Positions 1-8,644 of a stretch of 64,000 bases of DNA are shown one piece after another (within the stretch, counting starts at the first letter, position 1; each line of letters begins with the position of its first letter). Under the pieces are notes generated by a model. It was not told the origin of the DNA, made no database searches, and worked only from the letters and a program-made list of their open reading frames with translations. A program made the translations under genes and the position numbers. The DNA lies in the NCBI GenBank assembly GCA_040756875.1, contig JBFLYH010000001.1, positions 576,001 through 640,000 of the forward strand. The letters are read 5' to 3'. The stretch is from a candidate division FCPU426 bacterium. GTDB taxonomy: Bacteria; Oederibacteriota; JAAXVQ01; JAUVAV01.

Positions 1-1309
1 GGGCGGTGAGTTCCCTGACCCGGGGGCGTACGACCCGCAGGCCGAGCACGTCGGCTTGGAACTGGCAGAGAAAATCATTGGCTGTGGCGCCGCCGTCGAT
101 CTGCAAGGCTTTAACCGCCAGTCCGGAGTCCAGACGCATGGCTTCGAACACGTCCCGGGTGGCGTACGCCATGGCTTCCAGAGCGGCGCGGACCAGATGC
201 TCACGGCGGGTGCCGCGGGTGAGGCCGACGATGGTGCCGCGGGCATCGGCATCCCAATAAGGCGCTCCCAGCCCCACCAGCGCCGGCACGAAGTAGACGC
301 CTTCGTTGCCCGGCAGGGAACGGGCGAGCGCCTCGGATTCCGAGGCCGTGGCGAGCAGTTTCAAACCGTCCCGCAGCCATTGGATCGCCGCGCCGGCGAT
401 GAAGATCGATCCCTCCAACACATACACCGGACGGCCGCGGCCATCGCAACCCAGGGTGGTGATCAAGCCGTGGCGGGAATGGGGGCGTTTGGTTCCCGCA
501 TTCAGCAGCATGAAGCAGCCGGTGCCATAGGTGTTTTTCAGGGTCCCGGGCGCAAAGCAGGTTTGCCCGAACAGCGCGGCCTGCTGGTCGCCTGCCATGC
601 CGGCAATGGGGAGGCCGGCCGGGAGGAAACCGAGTTTTGCCGTCCGGCCGAACAGGCCGCTGGAAGGCAGCACATCAGGCAGGATGCCGGTTGGAATGCC
701 GAATTTTTTCAAGATATCCGGATCCCACTGCTTGCGGTCCAGGTTGAAGAGCAGCGTGCGGGAGGCATTGGTGAAATCCGTGGCGTGTTTCTGGCCGCGG
801 GTCAGGTTCCAGAGCAACCAGGTGTCAATGGTGCCGAAGCGCAATCTGCCGGCGCGGGCCAGGCTGCGGCAGCGGGGCATATGCTTAAGCAGCCATTCGA
901 TTTTGGTGCCGGAAAAGTACGCATCCACTGGCAGGCCTGTGCGGCGGCGGAAAAAACCGCCCAGGCCCTCGGCCGTCAATTCGCGGCAGCGGTCCGCTGT
1001 GCGCCGGCACTGCCAGACAATAGCCCGGTGGACCGGCTGGCCGGTCTGCTGGTCCCACAGGACCGTGGTTTCACGCTGGTTGGTGATGCCGATGGCAACG
1101 ATCCTGGCCAAGGGCGCCTGGGCGAGCGTTTCCCGGATGGAACGCCGGACACTGGCCCAGATCTCGAGTGCGTCATGTTCGACCCAGCCGGGCCGGGGAT
1201 AATATTGGGGGAATTCATGGTATGCCTGGGCCACGGCACGGCCTTGGACGCTGTATAAAATGGCGCGGCTGCCGGTGGTTCCCTGATCCAGGGCCAGGAT
1301 CACGTCCAT
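1..1309 (-). CDS. glpK: Glycerol kinase (3' end runs off the window)
   Basis: Absent from the ORF track; read manually from ATG at 1309: MDVILALDQGTTGSRAILY...HEFPQYYPRPGWVEHD, followed by GITNQRETTVLWD, YFSGTKIEW, GTIDTWL and KNTYGTGCF, all FGGY/GlpK motifs. Confidence 0.95.
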   Translation of the reverse strand, partial: MDVILALDQGTTGSRAILYSVQGRAVAQAYHEFPQYYPRPGWVEHDALEIWASVRRSIRETLAQAPLARIVAIGITNQRETTVLWDQQTGQPVHRAIVWQCRRTADRCRELTAEGLGGFFRRRTGLPVDAYFSGTKIEWLLKHMPRCRSLARAGRLRFGTIDTWLLWNLTRGQKHATDFTNASRTLLFNLDRKQWDPDILKKFGIPTGILPDVLPSSGLFGRTAKLGFLPAGLPIAGMAGDQQAALFGQTCFAPGTLKNTYGTGCFMLLNAGTKRPHSRHGLITTLGCDGRGRPVYVLEGSIFIAGAAIQWLRDGLKLLATASESEALARSLPGNEGVYFVPALVGLGAPYWDADARGTIVGLTRGTRREHLVRAALEAMAYATRDVFEAMRLDSGLAVKALQIDGGATANDFLCQFQADVLGLRVVRPRVRELTA

Positions 1310-1313
1310 GCCT

Positions 1314-2132
1314 TCACATCCTTTGCGCGAACCAAGTCTCCACGTCCTTGAAGACGCGTTCGCGCTCGCGCTCGGCATGCAATACGTGCAGCATGTCCGG
1401 GTACGCCAGGAAGGTTTTGTCGCGGAGTGGCATGCGTTCGAAAACCTTGCGGACCGCCCGGTTGTCGCCGAACTGGTCCTGCCCGGCGGTCAGGAACAGG
1501 GTGGGCAGTTGCAGTTGCCTGGCAGAACGCAGGACCCGGGTTTGTTCCAGCAAGATATTGACGAGCAGTTTGGCGCTGGCCACCCGCAATTCCAGCGGGT
1601 CGGCGTCCATGGTTTGCCTGACCGCTGGATCGCTGGTGCACATGGCCGTGTTGAACGGAAGGGAAATAGTCCGGCGCGGATTGAAAACCAGGGACGAAAA
1701 CACCTTGAGGTAGTCTGCCAAAGGGAAAGAGAGTGTGCTGACGAAAACCGGCGAGCTGAGAATGAGGCCTGCCAACCCTTGGGGCTGACCGGCGGCGAAG
1801 TTGACGGCAATGACCCCGCCCATGCTTTCGCCGTAGAGAAAAACCGGCAGCGAGGGATGGCGGGATTTGATCCGGCGGAGCAGCAGGGCGAGGTCGCGGT
1901 CGTATTGCCGGAAAGAATCGATGTGACCGCGAGGGCCCGGGGTGGCGCCGAAGCCTTTGAGGTCCGGCGCATAAATCGTCGTTTGCCGCGGTTGGAAATA
2001 ATCCGCCAGGTATTGCCAGCGGCCGGCGTGCGCGCCCAAGCCGTGGACCAGGAGCAGGACAGCCCGGGGCTGAGCGGATTCCCAGCAGCGGTAGAGGATG
2101 TCAGTGTCGGTCAGGGTGAGCAGATCCGCCAT
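1314..2132 (-). CDS. Alpha/beta hydrolase, lysophospholipase/monoacylglycerol lipase type
   Basis: LLVHGLGAH oxyanion motif, DLKGFG, nucleophile elbow GESMGG, C-terminal Asp/His candidates (GQDQ, LHVL); lies 4 bp upstream of glpK. Confidence 0.88.
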   Translation of the reverse strand: MADLLTLTDTDILYRCWESAQPRAVLLLVHGLGAHAGRWQYLADYFQPRQTTIYAPDLKGFGATPGPRGHIDSFRQYDRDLALLLRRIKSRHPSLPVFLYGESMGGVIAVNFAAGQPQGLAGLILSSPVFVSTLSFPLADYLKVFSSLVFNPRRTISLPFNTAMCTSDPAVRQTMDADPLELRVASAKLLVNILLEQTRVLRSARQLQLPTLFLTAGQDQFGDNRAVRKVFERMPLRDKTFLAYPDMLHVLHAERERERVFKDVETWFAQRM

Positions 2133-2138
2133 GCTTTC

Positions 2139-2147
2139 ATTATAGCA
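2139..2147 (-). promoter_or_regulatory. Extended -10 element (TGcTATAAT) 6 nt before the hydrolase ATG
   Basis: Minus strand reads TGC TATAAT GAAAGC ATG; no Shine-Dalgarno sequence. Confidence 0.6.
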
Positions 2148-2205
2148 CGGCTACGCCCGGGGTGTTTCTGTATCCTTTTCGGAAAAGCGGGGAAGAAGGG
2201 TGGAA

Positions 2206-2865
2206 TCAGGCCGGCTTGGCGTTTTTCAACTGCCGGATGACAGCCGCCGGATCCGGCTGGCCAAACACGGCATTGCCGGCGATGAGCACATTCGCTCCGG
2301 CGGCGATGACCCGGGGCGCGGTTTCGAGATTGATGCCGCCGTCCACGGCGATATCCAACTGGTACCCGTGGCGGTCGATCAGCGCCCGGGCGGCTTCGAT
2401 TTTAGGCAAGGTTTCGGGTAAAAAGGCCTGGCCGCCGAATCCGGGTTCCACGGTCATGATCAGGAGGGTTTGCACGACCGGCAGGTACGGCTCGACCGAG
2501 GCCAGAGGCGTTTTGGGTTTGATCGAGACGCCCGCCTGGGCGCCGAGCTCGCGTATCTTCGCCAGCACGGCCAGCGCCTGGGGCACGGCTTCGGCGTGGA
2601 TGATGATGCGGTCCGCGCCGGCGGCCACGAAGGCTTCCAGGAATTTGGCCGGGTCGTTGATCATGAGGTGCGCTTCCAACAACAGGCGGGTGTGGGGCCG
2701 GATCGAACGGATCAGGGGCGGGCCGAAGGTGATGTTCGGCACAAAGCAGCCGTCCATGACGTCAAGGTGCAGCAAATCGGCGCCGCCCTCCTCCACCCGG
2801 CGAATATCTTCGCGCAGGCAGCTGAAGTCCGCGGACAGCAGCGAGGGTGCGATAAGGGGGTTCAT
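2206..2865 (-). CDS. rpe: Ribulose-phosphate 3-epimerase
   Basis: IAPSLLSADF, HLDVMDGCFVPNITFG, MTVEPGFGGQ, VDGGIN. Confidence 0.97.
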   Translation of the reverse strand: MNPLIAPSLLSADFSCLREDIRRVEEGGADLLHLDVMDGCFVPNITFGPPLIRSIRPHTRLLLEAHLMINDPAKFLEAFVAAGADRIIIHAEAVPQALAVLAKIRELGAQAGVSIKPKTPLASVEPYLPVVQTLLIMTVEPGFGGQAFLPETLPKIEAARALIDRHGYQLDIAVDGGINLETAPRVIAAGANVLIAGNAVFGQPDPAAVIRQLKNAKPA

Positions 2866-2892
2866 GCCAAGCTCCTGAAAGTTAAATTGACT

Positions 2893-2975
2893 ATCATTCC
2901 GGCCCGAAGGGAGCCGGAATCCAGAGATGTTGATTTGAAAGCATTTTCTGGACCCCGGCTTTCGCCGGGGTGACG
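2893..2975. repeat. Paired palindromic element (dRS3/REP-like miniature repeat)
   Basis: TCATTCCGGC..GCCGGAATCCAG, an AT-rich spacer, then CTGGACCCCGGC TTTC GCCGGGGTGAC: two hairpin units in inverted orientation. Confidence 0.7.
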
Positions 2976-3034
2976 ATTAAAAAAACAGCAATACGACACC
3001 GTCCCATCCTGGGGAGGGGAATTTATCTGTATAT

Positions 3035-3997
3035 TTAGGGCAAGCTGCGTTCCTCTTGAAGTTTGCCGTTGAGATAAATAAACAGACGGGCGCGTTCGCC
3101 GCTGATGGTCCGGCTTAAACTCAACTGCGCCTCGGGTTTTTCCATGGCATTGTACACTTCGTGCAAGCCGGTGTCATCCTGCAACATCAGCTTGACCCTG
3201 ACTTCCATGCCGCCGGCGGGCACCAGGTATTCCAGCCTCACCAGCTGCGTAATTCCTTGTTCCTGGCTCTGCGAGGTGGCCACCAGTCCAGCGGGGTTGC
3301 CCCCCTGGACCCTGGAACCGGCCAGGGGCGTCTGCTCCACCACTGTGCCGGTGGGGCGGCTGTCGTCCACTTTACGCTTGATTTCCTGCACTTCGATGCC
3401 GACTTCGTGCAGGAAAGCAACGGCTTCATCCACGTGCCAGCCGATCAGGCTGGGCATGATGAACCACTGCGGCCGCGGGCCCTGGGAAACCAGGAGGTCG
3501 ACATTGGAACCTCGGCTGGAGCGCGCGTCCGGTTCGGGGAACTGCGCCAGCACGGCGTCTTTTTCGGTTCCGGCGTCGAACAAACGGGAAATCCGCCCCG
3601 GGTTCAATCCGATGGATTGCAGTTTTTGCAAAGCGTCGGTCAACGGAAGGCCGGCCAGCGCCGGGACTTCCAGTGCGCTGGCGCCCCGCGAGACAGTGAC
3701 CTTGACCGCTTGGCCGCTGGTCAGCTTGGAGCCGGCGGCCGGCTGTTGGGACAGCACGCGGTTGGCTACCACCCGCTGGTCGAATTGGTAGCCCGCGATT
3801 TCCAGGGACAGACGCTTGACACGCAGCAGGCTCCGGGCGGATTCAACGCTTTTATTCGACAGGTCCGGAACGACCATTTCGGACAGGCGGTTCAGCGCCT
3901 GCCGCGTCAGGATGAATCCGGTGCTGAAACAGACCAGAGCGCAGAGGAATACGATCAGGGCAAAAGCCCGGCGGCGGGAGGCGAGGGTGGTTTTCAT
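3035..3997 (-). CDS. Membrane-anchored PASTA-domain protein (three PASTA repeats, no kinase domain)
   Basis: Start re-assigned to ATG 3997 (ATGA overlap with the rlmN stop); N-terminal TM helix; repeats VVPDL..SQQP..VSRG, VPAL..AQFP..VSQG, MPSLIG..EQTP. Confidence 0.88.
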   Translation of the reverse strand: MKTTLASRRRAFALIVFLCALVCFSTGFILTRQALNRLSEMVVPDLSNKSVESARSLLRVKRLSLEIAGYQFDQRVVANRVLSQQPAAGSKLTSGQAVKVTVSRGASALEVPALAGLPLTDALQKLQSIGLNPGRISRLFDAGTEKDAVLAQFPEPDARSSRGSNVDLLVSQGPRPQWFIMPSLIGWHVDEAVAFLHEVGIEVQEIKRKVDDSRPTGTVVEQTPLAGSRVQGGNPAGLVATSQSQEQGITQLVRLEYLVPAGGMEVRVKLMLQDDTGLHEVYNAMEKPEAQLSLSRTISGERARLFIYLNGKLQEERSLP

Positions 3998-5070
3998 AAG
4001 CGCCCCTGGGAGGAAAAGACGCGGCCAGAACGGGCGGGGTCCTGGATGCGCCTGGTTTGGCCGGCCAGCTGGCCGCAGGCAGCCGCAATGCCGCTGCCGC
4101 GGGAGGTCCGCAGCGTGCACAGCAAACGGTGGCTCCGCAATTCGCGCGTAAAGGCTGCCACCGCTTCGTCGTCCGGAGCGTGAAACTCGCCGTCCGGTAC
4201 GGGATTATAGGCGATGAGGTTGATTTTGCAGGGGAGATTGCGCAACAGGCGTCCGACGGCTCGGGCGTCTTGCGGCCGGTCGTTGACGCCGCCCAGGAGC
4301 ACGTACTCGATGCAGACCGGATCTCCGGAGGCCTGCGTATATCTCCGCAGGGCTTCCATGACACGTTCCAATGGAAAACGGCGGTTGACCGGCATCAGAC
4401 GGTTGCGAAGCATTCCGTCCGGAGCATTGAGCGAGAAAGCCAGTTTGGCCGGCAACGGAAAACGGCTCAAGGCCTCCAATCCGGGCAGCCAGCCGCTAGT
4501 GGATACGACGGTTTTTTTAGGAGAGAAGTTCCAGGCTTGCGGATGGGTCAGCTGTTCCAGGGCGCTGCGGACCGCATCGAGATTCTGCAGGGGTTCGCCC
4601 ATGCCCATCAGAACCAGGTTGGTGGGGCGCTGGTCCAGGCGCAGGGCCAGGCTCCGGATTTGGCCGATGATCTCGCCGGCGGTCAGGGAACGCCGGAGAC
4701 CGCCCCGGGCGCTGGCGCAGAAGCGGCAGCCCATAGCGCATCCTGCCTGAGTGGACAGGCAGAAAGTGAGCCGGTCGTCCTTGGGGATGGCGACGCTTTC
4801 GATGGTTTCTCGGTCCGCGAGCCGGAAGACCGCTTTCAGCGTTCCGTCCGGGGCCTCGTATTCATTCTCAGGAAGCCAAGGCTTGGGCAGTTGGAAGGCA
4901 TGATCCAGTTGTTGCCTGAGCGCGACAGGCAGGGAAGTCGCCTGGCGGAAACTTGCGGCTCCGGGCTCCCAGGCCGCGGCGATAACCTGTTTGGTCCGAT
5001 AGGCGGACTCTCCCCAGGCGAGCAATTGGGCTTGAAGTTGGCTGGGGGAAAGATCGAAAAAATCCTGCAT
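3994..5070 (-). CDS. rlmN: 23S rRNA (A2503-C2)/tRNA methyltransferase RlmN, radical SAM
   Basis: CLSTQAGCAMGCRFC (CxxxCxxC), MGMGEP, C-terminal IAAACGQL. Confidence 0.96.
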   Translation of the reverse strand: MQDFFDLSPSQLQAQLLAWGESAYRTKQVIAAAWEPGAASFRQATSLPVALRQQLDHAFQLPKPWLPENEYEAPDGTLKAVFRLADRETIESVAIPKDDRLTFCLSTQAGCAMGCRFCASARGGLRRSLTAGEIIGQIRSLALRLDQRPTNLVLMGMGEPLQNLDAVRSALEQLTHPQAWNFSPKKTVVSTSGWLPGLEALSRFPLPAKLAFSLNAPDGMLRNRLMPVNRRFPLERVMEALRRYTQASGDPVCIEYVLLGGVNDRPQDARAVGRLLRNLPCKINLIAYNPVPDGEFHAPDDEAVAAFTRELRSHRLLCTLRTSRGSGIAAACGQLAGQTRRIQDPARSGRVFSSQGRL

Positions 5071-5172
5071 GCCTTTGCCGGCTGTTTCCTTCGGATGAAG
5101 TTGGGATGGCTGGCCCGAGAGGGTGCATCAAACCTCGCAAAATGCCTCCGCTTTCACGGGACAAGCGAAAAA

Positions 5173-5238
5173 AGTATAACTCCCGTCCCTGAAATGTCAA
5201 ACAAAAATCTTGCGCTTGCTTCCAGTAAATGCTATAAA
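5173..5238. promoter_or_regulatory. Back-to-back sigma70-type promoters for rlmN (-) and hisG (+)
   Basis: Minus: TTGACA (5200-5195), 16 bp, TATACT (5178-5173). Plus: TTGCGC (5210-5215), 17 bp, TATAAA (5233-5238) with a TG extension. Confidence 0.6.
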
Positions 5239-5269
5239 AATATTCTCTTTTCTGAACAAGGAGAATTGC

Positions 5270-6181
5270 ATGACCGCCAATCGTAAACGCGTTTCCAGCC
5301 GCCCCGTCCGTCCCCTGGTCCGGCTGGCCCTGCCTGCTGGCAGTCTGAAAGAAGCCACGTTTGCCTTGATGAAAAAGGCCGGATATGTCCTGCGTGGGAC
5401 CTCCCGCTCCTATTTCCCTCAAATTGATGACCAGGAATTCGAAGTCATGCTGGTCCGGGCCCAGGAAATTCCCAGATATGTCGCAGCCGGTGCCATGGAT
5501 GCGGGTCTGACCGGCCTGGATTGGACCATGGAAAACGGAGCCAAAGTGGAAAAGGTGAGCGAGCTGGTCTACGCCAAACAGGGGTTGGGGAAGGTTCGCT
5601 GGGTGCTGGCGGTTCCCGAGGATTCCCCCATCCGGTCGGTCCGGGACTTGAAAGGCAAACGCGTGGCCACCGAGCTGGTCAATGTCGTTAAAAAGTATTT
5701 GCGCCAGCACCGGGTTCAGGCGCTGGTGGAGTATTCCTGGGGAGCGACCGAAGCCAAGCCGCCCAAGCTGGCGGATGCAGTGGTGGAACTGACCGAAACC
5801 GGCAGTTCGCTGCGGGCCAACAAACTGCGCATCGTGGATACGGTGATGTCCTCGGCCACGGTGCTGATCGCGAACCCGAAAGCGTGGAAAAATCCCGTCC
5901 AGCGGCGAAAATTGGAAAACCTGGCGATGCTTCTGCAGGGCGCGCTTTTGGCTGAAGTGAAAGTCGGGCTCAAACTGAATGTGCGCCGCGGCAACCTGAA
6001 ACAGGTGCTGGCCTTGCTGCCGGCCCTGAAAGAGCCGACCGTGGCGCCGCTGACCGATCCGGACTGGCTCGACGTGGAGACGATCATCGATGAAAGCGTG
6101 GCCCGTGATCTGATCCCCAGACTCAAGGCTGCAGGCGCGCAGGGAATTATTGAATACCCTCTGAATAAAGTAGTATTATAG
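5270..6181 (+). CDS. hisG: ATP phosphoribosyltransferase, long form
   Basis: RAQEIPRYV, DAGLTGLDW, SWGATEAK, ELTETGSSLRANKL, C-terminal regulatory domain (LPALKEPTV...GAQGIIEYPLNK); SD AAGGAG before ATG 5270. Confidence 0.96.
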   Translation: MTANRKRVSSRPVRPLVRLALPAGSLKEATFALMKKAGYVLRGTSRSYFPQIDDQEFEVMLVRAQEIPRYVAAGAMDAGLTGLDWTMENGAKVEKVSELVYAKQGLGKVRWVLAVPEDSPIRSVRDLKGKRVATELVNVVKKYLRQHRVQALVEYSWGATEAKPPKLADAVVELTETGSSLRANKLRIVDTVMSSATVLIANPKAWKNPVQRRKLENLAMLLQGALLAEVKVGLKLNVRRGNLKQVLALLPALKEPTVAPLTDPDWLDVETIIDESVARDLIPRLKAAGAQGIIEYPLNKVVL

Positions 6182-6243
6182 CTGGATGGAGGCATCCTCG
6201 CTGCGGCCGGATATCAGCCGGGCGGACCGATACGGAGACTGAT

Positions 6244-6738
6244 GTGGCGCGAGCTGGCTGGTTAAGCGGGGTTCTGGTGCTGCTGCTGGCCGCTGTCGCC
6301 GCAGCTTCACAGCCTCCTGGCGCCGAAGAACAGGCGCCCCATGCCGGCGAGAAACGGATTGAGGCCCAGGGAAGCACGCCCCCTGCCGCGGCCGAACCGG
6401 ACGGCCAGGCCGAGGAAATCGAATCCGAGCAGTTGTCGTACTCGGAGAACCGGGGATGGCAGGATTTCGAGGTTCACTTTTTCGTGTCCCTGCCGTTTAC
6501 GGCGCTGTACAGTTATCTGGCCCTGACTTCGCTTGACGCCGCGGTGCAGGGTCGCTTTCCCTCTGAGTTTCGCCAGGCGGATATGTGGATGGTCATCGGC
6601 ATGGCTGCGGGCAGCTCGCTGGCGATCGCTTTAGGAAGCCTCGACCGGGTGCCTGACCAGAGCCAGGATGTATTGCCAGGACAAGCAGCCCCGGTTTCCC
6701 GCCCGGCTACGCTGGCGGCGGTGGAGATTCGTTTTTAG
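6244..6738 (+). CDS. Hypothetical envelope protein
   Basis: Signal-peptide-like N-terminus, two hydrophobic segments, terminal Phe; fills the gap between co-oriented genes. Confidence 0.7.
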   Translation: MARAGWLSGVLVLLLAAVAAASQPPGAEEQAPHAGEKRIEAQGSTPPAAAEPDGQAEEIESEQLSYSENRGWQDFEVHFFVSLPFTALYSYLALTSLDAAVQGRFPSEFRQADMWMVIGMAAGSSLAIALGSLDRVPDQSQDVLPGQAAPVSRPATLAAVEIRF

Positions 6739-6815
6739 CCGTGAGCCCTCCGGGCGAAGCCCGGGGAGGCAGGTGTTGCGGAATAGCGCAACCCACGGCG
6801 CGAAGGAGGATTTCG

Positions 6816-7307
6816 ATGGAAGTCAGCCTGCTGCGCACCATTAATATTTTCGAAGGGCTTTCGGACCCCGAACTGGAGAAAATATTCAAACTGGCCCGGA
6901 TTAAACTGTATACCAAAGACAGTATGATCCTGGAGGAGGGCCGGTTGGGTGGCGCGCTCCACGTGATCATGAAAGGCAAGGTCAAGGTCACGAAAAGATT
7001 GGAAGGGAAGAAAGACAAGATCATCACCACGCTCGGGCCCCAGGCCATTTTCGGCGAGATGTCCCTCTTCGACAACCTGCCTTATTCCGCGAATATCATC
7101 GCCGTGGAAGAAACCCGCTGCATGATGATCTCCAAGGAGCCGTTCGATAAAATGCTGCAGCAGGATCTGCCGCTGGCGTACAAAATCCTGACTCAGATTA
7201 TCACCATTTTGTCCCAGCGGCTGCGCAATACCAACGAAGAATTGGTCGCGATCACCAGCTGGAAAGACCGTCTCAAACAGAAAGCTCCCAAATCCGCGCA
7301 TGGCTAA
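6816..7307 (+). CDS. Cyclic-nucleotide-binding domain protein (Crp-like, no HTH)
   Basis: IFEGLS..EL, IMKGKVKV, FGEMSLFDNLPYSA, C-helix LSQRLRNTN; SD AAGGAGG before ATG 6816. Confidence 0.9.
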   Translation: MEVSLLRTINIFEGLSDPELEKIFKLARIKLYTKDSMILEEGRLGGALHVIMKGKVKVTKRLEGKKDKIITTLGPQAIFGEMSLFDNLPYSANIIAVEETRCMMISKEPFDKMLQQDLPLAYKILTQIITILSQRLRNTNEELVAITSWKDRLKQKAPKSAHG

Positions 7308-8601
7308 AATCGCGCCTTTTGCAGGCCTACGGTACGGGCCGGGCTTGCGCGGCGCCATGCCGCGTCTGGTCACGCCGCCTTACGACATCATCTCGCCGGG
7401 CGAGCAAACGCGTTTCTATCGCTCCCATCCCTGCAATTTCATACGGCTCGAATTCGGCCGGATCCGGCCGAGCGACCATCCGCAGAACAATCGCTATACA
7501 CGCGCCCAGCACACGCTGGCGGAATGGCTCCGCCGCGGCGTGGTGCGGCGAGATCCCCAGCCGGCCTTGTATTTGCTCCAGACCCGTTATCAAGCCCCGG
7601 ACGGCAAGCCGGTTTGCTTCTCCGGGCTGTTTGCGGGTGTTTTTCTGGAACCCTTCGGCGAGGGCAAGGTGCTTCCGCATGAGCAGACCTTCAGCGGGCC
7701 GCGCACGGACCGTTTTCAGCTGCTCTGCGCCACGGGCGTCAGTTTTTCCCCGGTGCTCGCCCTTTACCGGGATCACGGACAGAAACTGTCGCGCCTGCTC
7801 GGCCAGGCCAGGAAGCGCGCCGCGGATATGTCCTTCCGCGATTGGGCGGGCAGCCGTCACCAGCTGTGGATCCTCAAACAGCCCAAGCTCGTGCAAGCCA
7901 TACGCAAGGAATTCCTCGGCAAGCGGCTTCTGATCGCCGACGGGCACCACCGTTATTTGACTGCCTTGAAATACCGCCAGGAGTGCGGCGCCCAAGCCGG
8001 ACCGGCTGCGGATTACGTCATGACGTGTCTGACCGAAATGCACGACCCCGGTTTGCTGGTGTTGCCTGTCATTCGCTTGGTTTCGGGCGTGCCCTCCGGC
8101 CGCTGGCGCGAATTTGAACGGAAACTGCCGGAGTATTTCGAGGTGGAGCAGATTGCGCCATCCAAATTGCTGGCCGCCCAGTCCGCGGCCAAGGGGCCAG
8201 ACCCGGTGATCGGCTATCTGGGCGACCGCGGCAAACGCGCCTGGCTTTTGCGGGCGCGAATGCGGCGGCTGGAGCAGGCTGCGGATCCGCGTTTGACCGG
8301 ACATTCCAGGGTTTACGGACGGTTGGATGTCGTGGTATTGAATTATTGGCTGTTGGAGACGCTCCTGGGGATCAAACCCGGCGAAGAAGCGGGGCGGCTC
8401 CGGTTCACGAAAAGTCCGCAGGAAGCGCGGCGCTGCGTAACCGGCCGCACGGCGCAGGCGGCATTTTTTCCAAGCCGGCCGAACGTGGAGGCCATCTGGG
8501 ATCTGGCCCGGCAGGGGGAGACCCTGCCGCAAAAGTCGACGTACTTTTTGCCCAAAGTGATTTCCGGATTGGTGATGAATCCAGTGGGGTTGAAGGAGTA
8601 G
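7300..8601 (+). CDS. DUF1015 family protein
   Basis: PFAGLRY, PPYDIIS, LPHEQT, IADGHHRY, LPQKSTYFLPK. Confidence 0.92.
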   Translation: MAKIAPFAGLRYGPGLRGAMPRLVTPPYDIISPGEQTRFYRSHPCNFIRLEFGRIRPSDHPQNNRYTRAQHTLAEWLRRGVVRRDPQPALYLLQTRYQAPDGKPVCFSGLFAGVFLEPFGEGKVLPHEQTFSGPRTDRFQLLCATGVSFSPVLALYRDHGQKLSRLLGQARKRAADMSFRDWAGSRHQLWILKQPKLVQAIRKEFLGKRLLIADGHHRYLTALKYRQECGAQAGPAADYVMTCLTEMHDPGLLVLPVIRLVSGVPSGRWREFERKLPEYFEVEQIAPSKLLAAQSAAKGPDPVIGYLGDRGKRAWLLRARMRRLEQAADPRLTGHSRVYGRLDVVVLNYWLLETLLGIKPGEEAGRLRFTKSPQEARRCVTGRTAQAAFFPSRPNVEAIWDLARQGETLPQKSTYFLPKVISGLVMNPVGLKE

Positions 8602-8644
8602 GACCGGCCGCCGCAAAGGCCACTACATTTCACGGGAGGGTCGA

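Noticed and set aside
56-1258. 400-aa plus-strand ORF
   Set aside because: Antisense shadow of glpK, which has all family motifs on the minus strand
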